Shown piece after piece: positions 25,315-38,590 of a stretch of 64,000 bases of DNA. The stretch is taken from the NCBI GenBank assembly GCA_951406725.2, contig OX597827.1, positions 75,764,001 through 75,828,000 of the forward strand. The letters are read 5' to 3'. Positions within the stretch are counted from its first letter, which is position 1, and the number at the start of each line of letters is the position of its first letter. The DNA is from Octopus vulgaris. Taxonomy: Eukaryota. Under the pieces are notes generated by a model. It was not told the origin of the DNA and searched no databases. It saw only the letters and a program-made list of their open reading frames with translations. A program made the position numbers and the translations under genes.

Positions 25315-25721
25315 CTTTTTCTCTGTTACTTGTTTCAGTCATTTGACTGCGGCCATGCTGGAGCACCGCCTTTAGTCGAGCAAATCGACCCCGGGACTTA
25401 TTCTTTGTAAACCCAGTACTTATTCTATCAGTCTCTTTTGCCGAACCGCTAAGTGACGGGGACGTAAACACACCAGCATCGGTTGTCAAGCAGTGCTAGG
25501 GGGACAAACACAAACACACAAATACACACACACACACATATATATATATACATATATACGACAGGCTTCTTTCAGTTTCCGTCTACCAAATCCACTCACA
25601 AGGCATTGGTCGGCCCGGGGCTATAGCAGAAGACACTTGCCCAAGATGCCACGCAGTAGGACTGAACCCGGAACTATGTGGTTGGTTAGCAAGCTACTTA
25701 CCACACAGCCACTCCTGCGCC
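25315..25721 (-). mobile_element. young family-B SINE
   Basis: Nearly identical to 40495-40891 and 61850-62255. Confidence 0.92.
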
Positions 25722-26626
25722 TATATGTTTATTAAACTGTAATAAACTTACAGCAAATGAATTAGAATCAGATATCAATACATTCTTATATTTCTCTCTG
25801 AGAATAAAATAGCACTATAGAAGATAAGACGTGGAAGGACTTGGAATATCAAGAGATCAAGGATTTTTGTCTCTCTCTAGTGAGTTACCAAACAACACAT
25901 AAATCGATTTCTAATTATAACTTCATCCACAAGTAGAATGCTTTATTGCAGTAAAAGAGAAGCTTTACAGCCAGGCATGTCAAAATTTTAATTTCTTTAA
26001 CCTTTTTCATATCATCTCATTCTGAGACTGACAGGTACCAGGTGAGGCTGGTAACAGCCACGATCAGTTGGAGCTTTTTACGTGCCACCGGCACAATTAT
26101 AAAAGAATATAAGATTTTTTTAACACATCAGATGGCTATGAGGGTTCACCCAATAAAAATTGGAATCAAAGGGATCCATAGGTTGGGAACCACTGCCTTA
26201 TAGGAATATTTATTTCCTTATTGCCCGCAAGGGGCTAAACATAGAGGGGACAAACAAGGACGGACAAAGGGATTAAGTTGATAACATCGACCCCAGTGTG
26301 TAACTGGCATTTATTTGACCCCTGAAAGGGTGAAAGGCAAAAATCAACACTGGTACTTGATTTTATTGGTCCTAGAAAAATGAAATGCAAAACTGACTTC
26401 AAAAGGATTTGAACTGAATATGTCAAGAGCAATTGTATTCCATTTGCTAGACATAGTAGCCAAGTCCCCTTTAGGTAACACACTAGCCTTTTGAATAAGG
26501 AAAGGATACAAGACATACTCTTAAAATGATGGTCATGGCCGGAATATCTCTGATCATAAGTTTCTGTGACCAGGGTTGACCAGGGTTGACCTGGGATGAA
26601 ACAACAGTAGCAGCAACAGCAATAGT

Positions 26627-27000
26627 GGAGGCGCAATGGCCCAGTGGTTAGGGCAGTGGACTCGCGGTCAGAGGATTGCGGTTTCGATTCCCAGACCGGG
26701 CGTTGTGTGTGTTTGAAAACACCTAAAGCTCCATGAGGCTCTGGCAGGGGGTGGTGGCAACCCCTGTTATACTCTTTCGCCTCAACTTTCTCTCAATCTT
26801 TCTTCCTGTTTCTTGTCCTCGACTTCCTACGCAACCGCTGAGCCTGGATGCGCATTCATCCATCTGTCAATGCTCTCGGTGTCCGGGGGGGGGGGGTTGA
26901 CCTGCTTTCTCTGCTGCGGGTCTTACGAATAGCAAAAGGACCACGTTTCGGACTTCTCCCATCTTGCGAGCTCTGGGACGAAGACTGCTTCGCTCAACAG
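26627..27000 (+). mobile_element. family-C SINE head with alternative 3' tail
   Basis: GGAGGCGCAATGGCCCAGTGGTTAGG...GGTTTCGATTCCC head; diverges from the 59988 copy after ~26810; ends in (CAA/CAG)n. Confidence 0.8.
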
Positions 27001-28109
27001 CAACAGCAGCAGCAACAACAACACTACAAGCATAATCACAACTACCACCACCATTTGCTGTTTCATTCAGCTAACACAAGCCCCCACCATGGACACTTGC
27101 AACCCATGTACCATCACCACAAGCAACCCTAAGATACTTAATAACACCACACACACACACGTGCATGCACACACACACTTGCATGCACACACACACACGC
27201 GTGCATGCACACACACACATACATACATACACACAGTTACTTCCACCATAATCTCTATTACCACCACCACCACCACTACCACCACCAATTTTGCCATCTG
27301 CACAATATCATTACTGCCACCACCACTACCACCACTACCAGGTCCACCATCATCACTACTATCACACTACCACCGGCACAACCCCACTCCCACTCCCATT
27401 GCACCACCACCACCACCACCACCACCTCACCGTTACCACTACATCACTGCTATCACCACAATCTCTTCCTCTATCTTCTCCTGTGCCTGTCCGTGGTTAA
27501 TCAACCTGCTAGACATAGCAGTCAAATTCCCTCAAATCACTATTTCACATCTTGAAAAAAAGAGAGGATGCATTTAGAATTTCAATGTAATCCAGACTAT
27601 TTTTCTCTGAATAAACGTTAAGATGGCCATGCTTAGAATGTCTTTCATCATAAGGTTTACCACCCAGTGATTGCCGAGTTTAAAAAAATATCTACGACCG
27701 CTACGGCTACGATTACGGCTACCACCATCACCACAACCACCTTCCGGAGTCTTCCGACTTTCCTAGCATTGCTAAGGAATGGTGTGTAAATTCTTTATCA
27801 CCCCTACGCCCCAGCTCTATTAACCACCTCTCACATCACTTAATACTCTCGGTATCATCTGCCCCTGCTTCGCTCGCCCAGATCCTGGAGTGGGGGAAAA
27901 AGGCAGGGGACAAATATATACGGCAGGGAAGAGTGAATGGTGTACGGTGGAAGGCTTGACATATTTGTTCCTACATACTCACTCTTCTCTTGACATATCA
28001 CGTCCCCTCACTGTCCGCTGGCTGCCCCTTCCCCACCACTTTGTCTGTCTGTGCGCCAGGGATTTTTATCTATCTATCTATCTGTCGGTCTGGTTATCCA
28101 CCTATCTTT

Positions 28110-28125
28110 AGATAGAAAGATAGAC

Positions 28126-28172
<47 letters not shown>

Positions 28173-28226
28173 CAGGCAGACTGACAGCTAGCTAGCTAGC
28201 TAGATAGATAGATAGATAGATAGATT

Positions 28227-28264
<38 letters not shown>

Positions 28265-28362
28265 GAACTATGTATGTATGTAAATACACGCACACACATT
28301 AGAGAGAAAGAGTGGATGTGTAAGTATATGTATACACTCACATGTATGTGTATGTATAAGTG

Positions 28363-28393
<31 letters not shown>

Positions 28394-28412
28394 ATATATG
28401 TATGTATATATA

Positions 28413-28443
<31 letters not shown>

Positions 28444-28514
28444 AATATGTGTGTGTGTGTATACATGTATGTAAAAGTGAGTGTATACACACACATACCT
28501 ACGTTTTGTATGTG

Positions 28515-28548
<34 letters not shown>

Positions 28549-28700
28549 CGTATAGATGTGAATATGTAAGAGTGAGTGTATGTATACACGCACACACACA
28601 TATTCATGTTCTGTGTGTGTGTGTACATACGTGTGCATGCGTGTGTCGTGTGTACGAGAGAATGAGCACATGTCCATGTGTATGCGTGCATACGGATGTA
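28110..28700. repeat. (GATA)n and (TG)n/(TA)n compound microsatellite
   Basis: Directly visible. Confidence 0.95.
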
Positions 28701-29139
28701 TATAAAACCTTGAAACTCCGACTTTAAAATCCTTAGCCAAAAGAATAACACCACCACCGACGTACAGGCAATGCAGGCCACAGAGAGAGAGAGAGAGAGG
28801 AGGGTGAGGATGTAACTCCACACTTCCTTTTTTAAGACCCCATCCCCCACCCGGACACCGTTCACATCCTTACACGACAAAACAATCGCCGCCTTCATAA
28901 CACCTTCTAGGAGTAGACAGCCTCCTTCGACTCATTCGCACCACTACCATCATCGCCAATTCCATCATCAAGGAACTTCTACGGGGTCTCTCCATCTGCT
29001 AGAAATAGAGCTAATTCTCTCTCTCTCTTTTTTTTTTTTTTAATTAACATACTACCGTCTTTGAATAATTGTACACATTGTATGATGTGGTCCTCAGACT
29101 TATATACCATTGCAAAAACTATCGCCGCAACCACCACAC

Positions 29140-29142
29140 CAT

Positions 29143-29191
<49 letters not shown>

Positions 29192-29657
29192 GCTGCTGCT
29201 GCTACTACTACTACTACTACTACAACCACCACCACCATCGCTATTACCAAAGTTACAACCATTGGTGGTGGTGGTGGTGGTGGTGTATTGACAATTATGG
29301 TAGTAGTGGTAGGAAAGTGGCGGTTATAGTGGTATAATGGTTGTAATAGCGATGGTGGTGGTGGTGCTGGTAGTAGTAGTAATAGTAGTGGTTGTGGTGG
29401 TGGTGGTTGTGGTTGTGGTGGTTGTAGTGGTAGTTGTATTGACAGTTATGGTAGTAGTGGTGGGAACCATGGCGGTGGTGGCGATAGAATAAGTACTAGG
29501 CTTACAAAGAATAAGTCCTGGGGTCGATTTGCTCGACTAAAGGCGGTGCTCCAGCATGGCCACTGTCAAATGACTGAAACAAGTAAAAGAGTAAAAGAGA
29601 AAGAGAGTATTATAATATCATCATCATCGTCATCATCATCATCGTCATCATCATCAA

Positions 29658-29693
<36 letters not shown>

Positions 29694-29725
29694 TATCACC
29701 ATCAACATCATCATCACCATCATCG
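29140..29725. repeat. (CTA)n, (GGT)n, (CAT)n tracts with a family-B 3' fragment (~29480-29600)
   Basis: Directly visible. Confidence 0.9.
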
Positions 29726-29994
29726 TTGTTTTAATGTCTACATTTCTGTGCTTGCATGGATCTGGTGGAGTTTATTTGATGAGGGGTTTTCTGCAGCCAG
29801 ATGCCCTTCCTGTCACCAGTCCCCACATGTCTCCAAGCAAGGTAATATGTCCCTCGTAGACAGACATGTTTTCGCAGAATATTGGAAATGAACGACACTG
29901 CTTGTATGACAGTGACACTCATTTACAACTGTCATGCTATGCCAAGACAAGGAGACACAAACAAACACACACTCACACACACATATTTACACAC

Positions 29995-30213
29995 AGGCGA
30001 CGAGCTGGCAGAAACATTAGCGCACTGGGCGAAATGCTTAGCAGTCTTTACGTTCTGAGTTCAAATTCCGCCGAGGTTGACTTTGCCTTTCATCCTTTTG
30101 GGGTCAATAAATTAAGTACCAGTTACGCACTGGGGTCGATATAATTGACTCAATCCATTTGTCTGTCCTTGTTTGTCCCCTCTGTTTAGCCCCTCGTGAG
30201 TAGTAAAGAAATA
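29995..30213 (+). mobile_element. family-A SINE
   Basis: Same tail type as the 20815 copy. Confidence 0.85.
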
Positions 30214-30243
30214 GTTACACACATACACACACACACATGCATA

Positions 30244-30783
30244 GAGGTGGTGAAGCATCATCTTCAAACGTTGGGCCTCACAGAGGCAATGACGAAAGAC
30301 CAAGACCTCTGGAGATATGCTGTGACTGAGAAGACCCAGTAAATAAAGTGAGATCACAGCTGTAGCCTACGCCAGTGTTGCATAACCAGCTCACTCAAAA
30401 AGTACCTTTGGATCGTAGGGCGACATGTCGTGCTTGAAGAAACCTATTGAGTCAAGTACATCGACATCAAAATCAAATCAAGCCACAATCAACTGGAAAT
30501 TGTAGTTGTGGCTGATGCCAGCACTGCCTGTCTGGCTCCCCATGCCAGTGGCATGTAAAAAGGGGTTGATGGCAGTTCCCTCTGGCCCCTGTGCCAGTGG
30601 CATGTAAAAAGCACCCACGACAATCTCCGGAGTGGTTGGCATTAGGAAGGGCATCCTGTTGTAGAAACACTGCCAGATCAGATTGGAGCCTGATGCAGCC
30701 TCTTGGCCTCCCAGACCCCAGTCGAACCGTCCAACCCATGCCAGCATGGAAAATGGATGTTAAACGACGATGATGATGATGAT
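30244..30783 (+). mobile_element. RTE-type LINE 3' end (ORF terminus + family-D 3' UTR)
   Basis: EVVKHHLQTLGLTEAMTKDQDLWRYAVTEKTQ* resembles RTE ORF C-termini; runs on into the D sequence and a (GAT)n tail. Confidence 0.8.
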
Positions 30784-31099
30784 TATATACATGAGTGTGT
30801 GTGTATGTGAGTGTGTGTGTGTGTTTGTGTTCATGCTTGTGCCACACTAGGACTTGACAACTGGTGTTAGTGTGTTTACATCCTTGTATATTAGTGGTTC
30901 AACTAAGGAGACCAACAGAATAAGTACCAGTCTTTAAAAAAAAAAGGAAAAATACTGGGGTCAATTTATTTGACTAGTATTCTTTGAGGCAGTACTCCAG
31001 CATGGCCCACAGAAGCAAGTGAAAAAGATAAATAAAAGAGATACCATGAAGACACAGCATCTACAGTAATCATGACTATTTACAAAGAGCCACAAGCAC

Positions 31100-31340
31100 C
31101 ATCCATTCAGTCATCCATCTTCTCTGCCTTCTGTTCCTCCAAAGGTCCTGAGACATCTTCTCAATGGGACCCTATCAGAAGCAACTGTCATTAGACTTTC
31201 TGGTTGGATTCCCAAGTGCAACCAACTGAGACTGTGGCTATTATCCAACCATCTCACTTTTGGTCTACCCCCTAGGTCTCCTGCCGATTGGCTCGCCTTG
31301 AAGAATCCATCTTGCAATTCTTTCCTGCGACGTTCTGGTC
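31100..31340 (-). mobile_element. RTE/Expander-type LINE 3' fragment
   Basis: ERIARWILQGEPIGRRPR(frameshift)GRPKVRWLDN...LGIQPESLMTVASDR. Confidence 0.75.
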
Positions 31341-31709
31341 ACCACCAAAATCACCACCACCACCACCAACAACCACCACCATCACCACCACCACCATCCA
31401 CCACCTCCATCACCACCACCACCATATTACTACCTCCTCCATCACTACCATCAACCACCACTACCATCACCACCACCACCAACAACAACAACTTTTCCAA
31501 ACTTGGGCAGGAAACTGAATCTCTCACCCAATTTAACCCCATTATCTGGCACCTGGGTGTTTTTAGCAGGGTCCATTCTGTTGCAAGCATCTGGGTCTCT
31601 CTGGTTTGAAGATATCTTCCTCCTTCCCACAAATCTTCGAGACTTTGGAAATGGTTTGCAGGCATTAGCTTCTCTCCTGATCAAAAGAAAAAAGAAAAAA
31701 GCTCAACGT

Positions 31710-34100
31710 GTCTCTATGTAGCAACTTGACCTCTAAAAATAGCAGCCAAATCTCGTACTAATTACAATGCTTTTTAAAAGGGGTAGGGGAAACTGGATTG
31801 CGTTATGTGGGCCAGGGCTGACCTGGAGTTAAACAAGTACATAATGTAGTTCTAGTTATACTGTTTGAAAAGGATGGTCATGGCTGGATCATCTTTGATT
31901 TTTCTTTTCTTTTTTTCTTTTTCTTTCTTTTTTTCTTTTTCTTTCTTTTTTTTTGAAGATGTCTGTTGAATCAGAACTGATTTACGTTTAAACAGCAACA
32001 CCAACATAAGATTAAATGGAATCTTAGAAACGTTGTTTGATGAAAAAAAAAAATGACCAGATGGTCATGGCTAGAGCGTCTTGATTGAGAGCTATCTCAG
32101 AGCTAAGTAACAAAACTAATCTTTATATATAAAAGTGAAGTTGTGTGTCTGTCTCCTACGATTTAGATTCCTAACTACTCCCACATTTTGCGGTGCAGTT
32201 TAACCAAAACCGGGTATCTTATAGTCGTGATTCATATCGAGCCCTTCTGGGTATTAGCGCGCGTCTACGATGAGTCTACGATGAGTCTACGATTAAAAAA
32301 AAAATTACCATCATTTTTTCCATTTTAATGCATTTTTTCGCTATTAAATAAGGGAAGTAACTCTCTAAAAATGTCTACAATGAGTCAACGATTTAAAAAA
32401 AAATTTACCATCATTTTTTCCATTTTAATGCATTTTTTTGCTATTATATAAGGGAAGTAACTCTCTAAAAATGTCTACGTTGAGTCAACGATTTAAAAAA
32501 TTTACCATCATTTTTTTTGCTATTTTTTGGCTATAACTCTCTAAAAATGCTTATATAGTTATTTCCCTTACAAATCCGAGCAACGCCAGGCGATACTGCT
32601 AGTATTGAATAACATAGTTCTAAAAACGCAGTCTGAATAAAGTCAGGATGGTCACGGTTAAAACGTCTTTGATCACAAGTTATCGGTGGAGAACATCGGT
32701 CGGGAACACAAAACCATCTCCTTGCTTATTTCTTTTCCTCCTACTCTTTTAGCCGCCCCCTCCCTCCCTCCTGCTACTTTCATCACCTTTATTACAATGA
32801 CATCTCACTTACCTCCTACTTCTTTGTCGTTCCCTTCCACCTCCTCCTCCGACCTCTACCACGCTCGTTCGTTACGCTCCCCCTACCCACCCTCCTTTCC
32901 CCCCCCAGCTCCACACTGATATTTATCACTAACCTCCTACTTCACTCCTCTCTGTTCTCCTCCCGATCCCCTCACTGCAACACAATACTCCCTCCCACCA
33001 CACAGCTTCTCTTCTCCCACCGCCCCTCCTTTAACATAGCAGACACCTTAAGAAATAACTTCCGCCCACCTTCATCACCCATTTACCGACTTAGCCGTCT
33101 ACCGTCTGTCTTAACAGCAACCCACCCAGAGGCGACCTTTAAATCGGATGGCATGTTAATTGGGATAAGTTAACGAGAGTTCTGGTTTAACTCCAGGTAA
33201 GCTCTGATCCAGATGACTCGCCTAAGAGTAAAAGCGTTCCTGCCGTGACCATCCAGTGTTTTGGGACACCGGTATATCTTGAACTACATAATTTAATGTT
33301 AGTTCTGCCTTTGTTTTTTTTTAACCCTGGGTCATCTTTCAATCTACAGACCAATGAGCAAAGACATTCTAGTCGTGACCACCCTGCTTTTTATCCTGGT
33401 ATATTACATACAAGACTCCATTATCTAGGGCTGGGTTAAAACTCATAGAGGTCCCAAACACTTAAAAAGATTTTGGTGACCCCATATTTATGTAATTTAA
33501 ACTATAAACAATAATAAACCATAAAATAAATGTTTATTTTTCAAAATGAAACAAAACGAACAATAAGATGGAAAATAAAGTTTATTTTTGTATCCTTCCA
33601 ACATTATTTTATATTTGCAAAGTTTTCTCCTACCTCTTTTAATGGCAAAGACTTTGATCAGATCCTCACTATGACACCACGAACACTTCGAAGTTATATT
33701 TCCAATCATATAAACCACTTCGAATATTATTTTAGTGAGTTTAAAGTGATTTCTTTTGTGCCGTAAACCATTTACCATTTCTGTGGTGCCCCCCTCCCCC
33801 CACCACTACCACTTCTCTTGATACTCAAAGCATGTTCTTATTTTGCTTAATTATTTTGCTCCCATATTATCAATTGTTAGTGTTGTTGTTTAACCCCAGG
33901 TTAGCTCTGACTCACCAGACCCATGAGCAAAATTATTCCAACTGTGATAATCATGTCTTTTATTCAGAATATATCAAGGCCCACATTCAAGTTAGTACTG
34001 TTTTCAATGTTTAGTTTAAGTCAGTCCTGACCCAGCAGGCTTACTTTATAATCATGACCACCCAGCCTCTTATTCACAGTGTATCTTGGCCTGTATTATC
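31710..34100. repeat. cluster of old dispersed repeat fragments (family E; other copies ~10080, 27490, 42970, 47950, 50290, 51050, 54140, 61010)
   Basis: Recurrent CTAGAAATAGCAGCCAAAT...GATGGTCATGGCTGGAATG...GCTGACCTGGG..TAAACAACAAC motifs in both orientations. Confidence 0.6.
32120..32602 (+). mobile_element. non-autonomous Helitron
   Basis: A|TC start, 3' GC hairpin (CCGAGCAACGCCAGG) then CTAG|T, no TSD; internal ~100-bp tandem repeats at ~32265-32550. Confidence 0.85.
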
Positions 34101-34554
34101 TCATGAATTGTTGGTACATTAAGTGTTTTGTTTCAGTGCTACACTGTACTACAGAATATATCTATAGATTTTAGTCAACATTATGTAATAGATATGAACA
34201 CCATGTCTGTATATGCAATATCTTTATTGATAGAAAGGGTAGGTGGGGCAGCTGGACTAGTTTCATTTCTGTATTTGAATTTCTTTTGTCAGTACTAAGT
34301 ACTAAACACTCTTTAGTAATTGTAGAATTATGAGCAGTTAAAGAGAATACTCAGTTGCTGAAGACACCCCACCTCAAGATTGAAACTAGTCCAGTTTCAA
34401 TTCCCACCAAGGTCACTTTTGCCTTTCACCAACCTGAGCGATGGAGTGGTGATACTGTATAAACCTGAGACTGGATGGATATCATGCTGTATTTGTTCCA
34501 GCTCTTTACATTCTGAGTTCAAACCTCACCATGGGGCAGTAGACTTAATCCATC

Positions 34555-34807
34555 ACGCAGGGCTAAACACAGAAGGGACAAAATACAAAGTAGAGCTTTT
34601 CTTTTTGGGAAGTGAAGAGGGAAAAAAAAAAGAAAGGGAAAAAAGGGAGGGGCGAATTCCGATCAAAAGGGATCGTGAAAAAAAAAAGTGGGGCCAATCA
34701 ATAGGAATCATGTATCACAGAAATGTCAATGTAAAAAGGGAAAACAGATTAGGTTTGTCTGTGGATAGAAAAGCCTATGGAAAAGACTACGGAAACCTTG
34801 GGCAATA
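34555..34807 (-). mobile_element. probable LINE 3' UTR sharing the family-A tail
   Basis: GGGCTAAACACAGAAGGGACAA matches the reverse complement of the SINE-A tail, but the adjacent sequence is unrelated to SINE A. Confidence 0.5.
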
Positions 34808-35883
34808 TCTTTAATAATAAAAGAGAAATTCTGTCTGTCCGTCTGGGACCCTGCCATATCTCAGTTTACAGTTGCTTTATATAGCTATATTTTACCTTTT
34901 CTGAATCAGAATAATACCAGGATTGAAAATCTGTCCTTCATTTGGTTCTTGATCATCCGACATTGGGATCCAATTCAAAAGCATTTGGGCTGCTATTTCT
35001 AGCAGGTAAAGCTTCGCTAATTCACACCATCTTGGTTGGCATTTGTCAGATGACATCAGAGATCAAGGGGGAGATAAATGACATTCGCTTCTTTAATTTT
35101 ACATCGAGATAAGACATTTGGGACAAACTGGCCAACAGTTGGAATTTAAATTGGAGCTGGAACAATAGAATGATTGCATTGCAGAATTAATTCTCATCCG
35201 TCCTTAACCTCTGATCAAACACCACCAGGGCATACAGTCATTGTAGACGTATTACAGTCATGCTATTTCGCTCTCCTCAGTTTTGGGTCATAGGAGCTAG
35301 CTTAAAATTCTTCATGAAGTGTGGCTTTTAAGCTAGTTTCCAATCTATTTACATTTATATTCTATGATATTTAATATGTCTTTATTCATCTTTATGCCAC
35401 TGACCACTCAAAGATATTTCTCTAAGTGCTTTTATGTTTTAACTCTGTAAATTACTCTAGCCATGAAACATTCTGTACTGTATCTGCATAAGTTTGAGTC
35501 TTGTATTTGCTAGAGTCAAAAGTAGGACAACTACTGCGATGGTAACACCAATTGAGGCAGAAGTACATGTCCACAATTATCCTCTTGCATTCAGAAAATA
35601 AAAAATAAAAAAGACTGTCTTTTCTTTAATGTCAATTTTGGGGAGATTTCTTGATTCTTGAAATTATCTCCCTTCCTTATTCAAGGCAGTCACAACTGCC
35701 ACATGGCATTTGTTTACCTTCTCTTCAAGTGAAGATAATTTCAATTAAATCAAGAATTTATCTTGTATGGTATTTAATATATCTTTATTTTTCATTATTG
35801 TGCAAATACATGCTATTGGTTACACTGAGTTATTTCTCTCAGTTCACTTTTGCATGTATGTATGTATATATGTGTATGTATAT

Positions 35884-35963
<80 letters not shown>

Positions 35964-36391
35964 TGATTGTCACTGCTTTCCGAAATAATGCCATCTTTTC
36001 AATTAGTAAATGTCATCATGAGATTACATGAGGTAGCTAACAAGCTCAGCTTTGGGTAAACAGGTCCTACTGCAGATGTTACAAACATTTTCAAGCCAAA
36101 AAGTGTCTGAGATTGAAGTAAAATCCTGTTTGTATGTATGTGTGTACATATATATATATATGAGAGAAGGCTTGAAAATGCAATTTTCAAGATGTTTATT
36201 CACTTCACCAGTTTCACTTTTTTAGAAAAAGATTGTCAAAAGTAAAATGTAAAGCTTTGTATAAGCTTTGTTGTTTTAAGTACTGGTTGTCACAAAAGTA
36301 TTAAAATACACATATACATTCTTTGATAATAATAAGAAAATGTTAAAAACAGTTTACAAGAAAGTATTTATATATATATATATATATATAT

Positions 36392-36980
36392 GTGCCGGTG
36401 GCACGTAAAAAGCACTATCTGAGCACAGTGGCTTCCGTGCTGGTGGCACGTTAAAAGCACCCACCGATCGTGGCTGCTGCCAGACTCCCCTGGCACCTGT
36501 GCCGGTGGCATGTAAAAAGCACCCACTACACTCGCAGAGTGGTTGGCATTAGGAAGGGCATCCAGCTGTAGAAACACTGCCAGATCAGACTGGAGCCTGG
36601 TGCAGCCTCCTGGCTTCCCAGACCCCGGTCGAACCGTCCAACCCGTGCTAGCGCGGAAAACGGATGTTAAACGATGATGATGATGATATATATACAGACA
36701 TATACATATATTTAATATATATCATCATCATCATTATCATCGTTTAACGTCCGTTTTCCATACCAGCGTGGGTTGGATGGTTCAACTGGGGTCTGGGAAG
36801 CCAGGAGGCTGCACCAGGCTCCATTCTGATCTGGCAGTGTTTCTACAGCTGGATCCCTTCCTAACGCCAACCACTCCATGAGTGTAGTGGGTGCTTTTTA
36901 CATGCCACCGGCACAGGTGCCAGGGGAGGCTGGAAACAATCAGTTGGTGCTTTTTACGTGCCACCAAGGCGGCGCTGGCA
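36392..36980. mobile_element. two family-D copies, tail-to-tail inverted
   Basis: 36392-36687 (+) and 36722-36980 (-). Confidence 0.85.
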
Positions 36981-37250
36981 TAAATTAATATATATATATA
37001 TATATGACGGACTTCTTTCAGTTTCCGTCTACCAAATCCATTCAAAAGGCTTTGGTTAGCCTATAGATACCGGCCCAAGGTGCTATGCAGTGGGACTGAA
37101 TCATGCCTATTATATATACAAACAGTCACTTTGAATTATGGAAAACAAAATTCTATATCATACATATATGGTAAGCTGGAGTTATGAAAGGTATTAGAGA
37201 GAGGGGTACATTGAAACTTAGGTTCATAAATTTGTTGGAATCACAGAAAT

Positions 37251-37363
37251 TCCGGGTTCAGTCCCACTGCGTGGCACCTTGGGCAAGTGTCTTCTACTAT
37301 AGCCTCGGGCCGACCAAAGCCTTGTGAGTGGATTTGGTAGACGGAAACTGAAAGAAGCCCGTC

Positions 37364-37421
<58 letters not shown>

Positions 37422-37635
37422 TTGTGTGTCTGTGTTTGTCCCCCTAGCATTGCTTGACAACCGATGCTGGTGTGTTTATGTCCCCGTTACTTAGGGGTTC
37501 GGCAAAAGAGACTGATAGAATAAGTACTGGGCTTACAAAAAAGAATAAGTCCCAGGGTCGAGTTGCTCGATTAAAGGTGGTGCTCCAGCATGACCGCAGT
37601 CAAATGACTGAAACAAGTAAAAGGGTAAAAGAGTA
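37251..37635 (+). mobile_element. family-B SINE, 5'-truncated
   Basis: Consensus match from the B-box to the tail. Confidence 0.88.
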
Positions 37636-37949
37636 TATATGAAAGAATAGTAACAGTGGAGGAGTGGAAATCTTGAGCCCTGGGTAAATCCCTTTCAGGA
37701 TACTGGTATAGTAAGTATAGTTGGGTAAATATATTCATGTGTGGGACAGTGTGGTACCTGATATACATATCAATGGAAACAACCTTCCATTTTCACTAAG
37801 CTTTGTAGGTTGTGCGATGATTTTATATATATTACTAAAGGAACTTGTCCAAATTGGTGAGCCATGCCTGTGTGTGTGTGTGTATATGTGTGTGTGTTTT
37901 GAGATTATTTTGGAGTGTCAATGCATGTATTTTTAGAATAAGAGGCTAT

Positions 37950-38155
37950 CAGTGTGTGTGTGTGTGTGTGTTTAATGATATAAGCAAGATGTTGATCTGT
38001 GTATGTGGATAAGTAAAAGTATGTATGAATGTGTGTGTGTTTCTGTGTGAATGTGTGTGTGTGTGTGTGTGTGTACGGGGGGTGGGTTCAAATAAAAAGT
38101 GCTTGTGTACTCTGAGATTAGGTTGCCTGTCTGTATGTGTGTGTGTATGTTGCGT

Positions 38156-38187
<32 letters not shown>

Positions 38188-38554
38188 TATTTAGGAACAA
38201 GAAATGGGTATTTCTGTGTGTGTGTTGGGATTAAAACAGAGGTGTCAGTGCGGGTGAGATAAGAAGGGGGTATTAAAGTATGTGTTGGGATAAAAGGTGT
38301 CAATGTGAGTGTCAAGGGTGTGTGTTTGTGGGTGGGGTATCAGATCCAGTGTGTGTGTGTGTGTAGGATGTTCTTCATTCCCCCTCCCCACCGCGTGTGA
38401 AACGTAGACAAAGGGTGGGGTGGGGGGAGGGTTACTACTTATTCTGTTCACTTAAATCCCAGTTTTTTTAGCCTGACTTGTATATAATCTGGAAGAGGTT
38501 CTCTCCTTTCTTGGGAAAATTGGACATCATAGAATACCTGAGTGTGTCTATGCA

Positions 38555-38590
<36 letters not shown>

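Noticed and set aside
25493-25735. Recurrent ORF 'RQASFSFRLPNPLTR...' as a gene family
   Set aside because: Antisense translation of family-B SINE copies.
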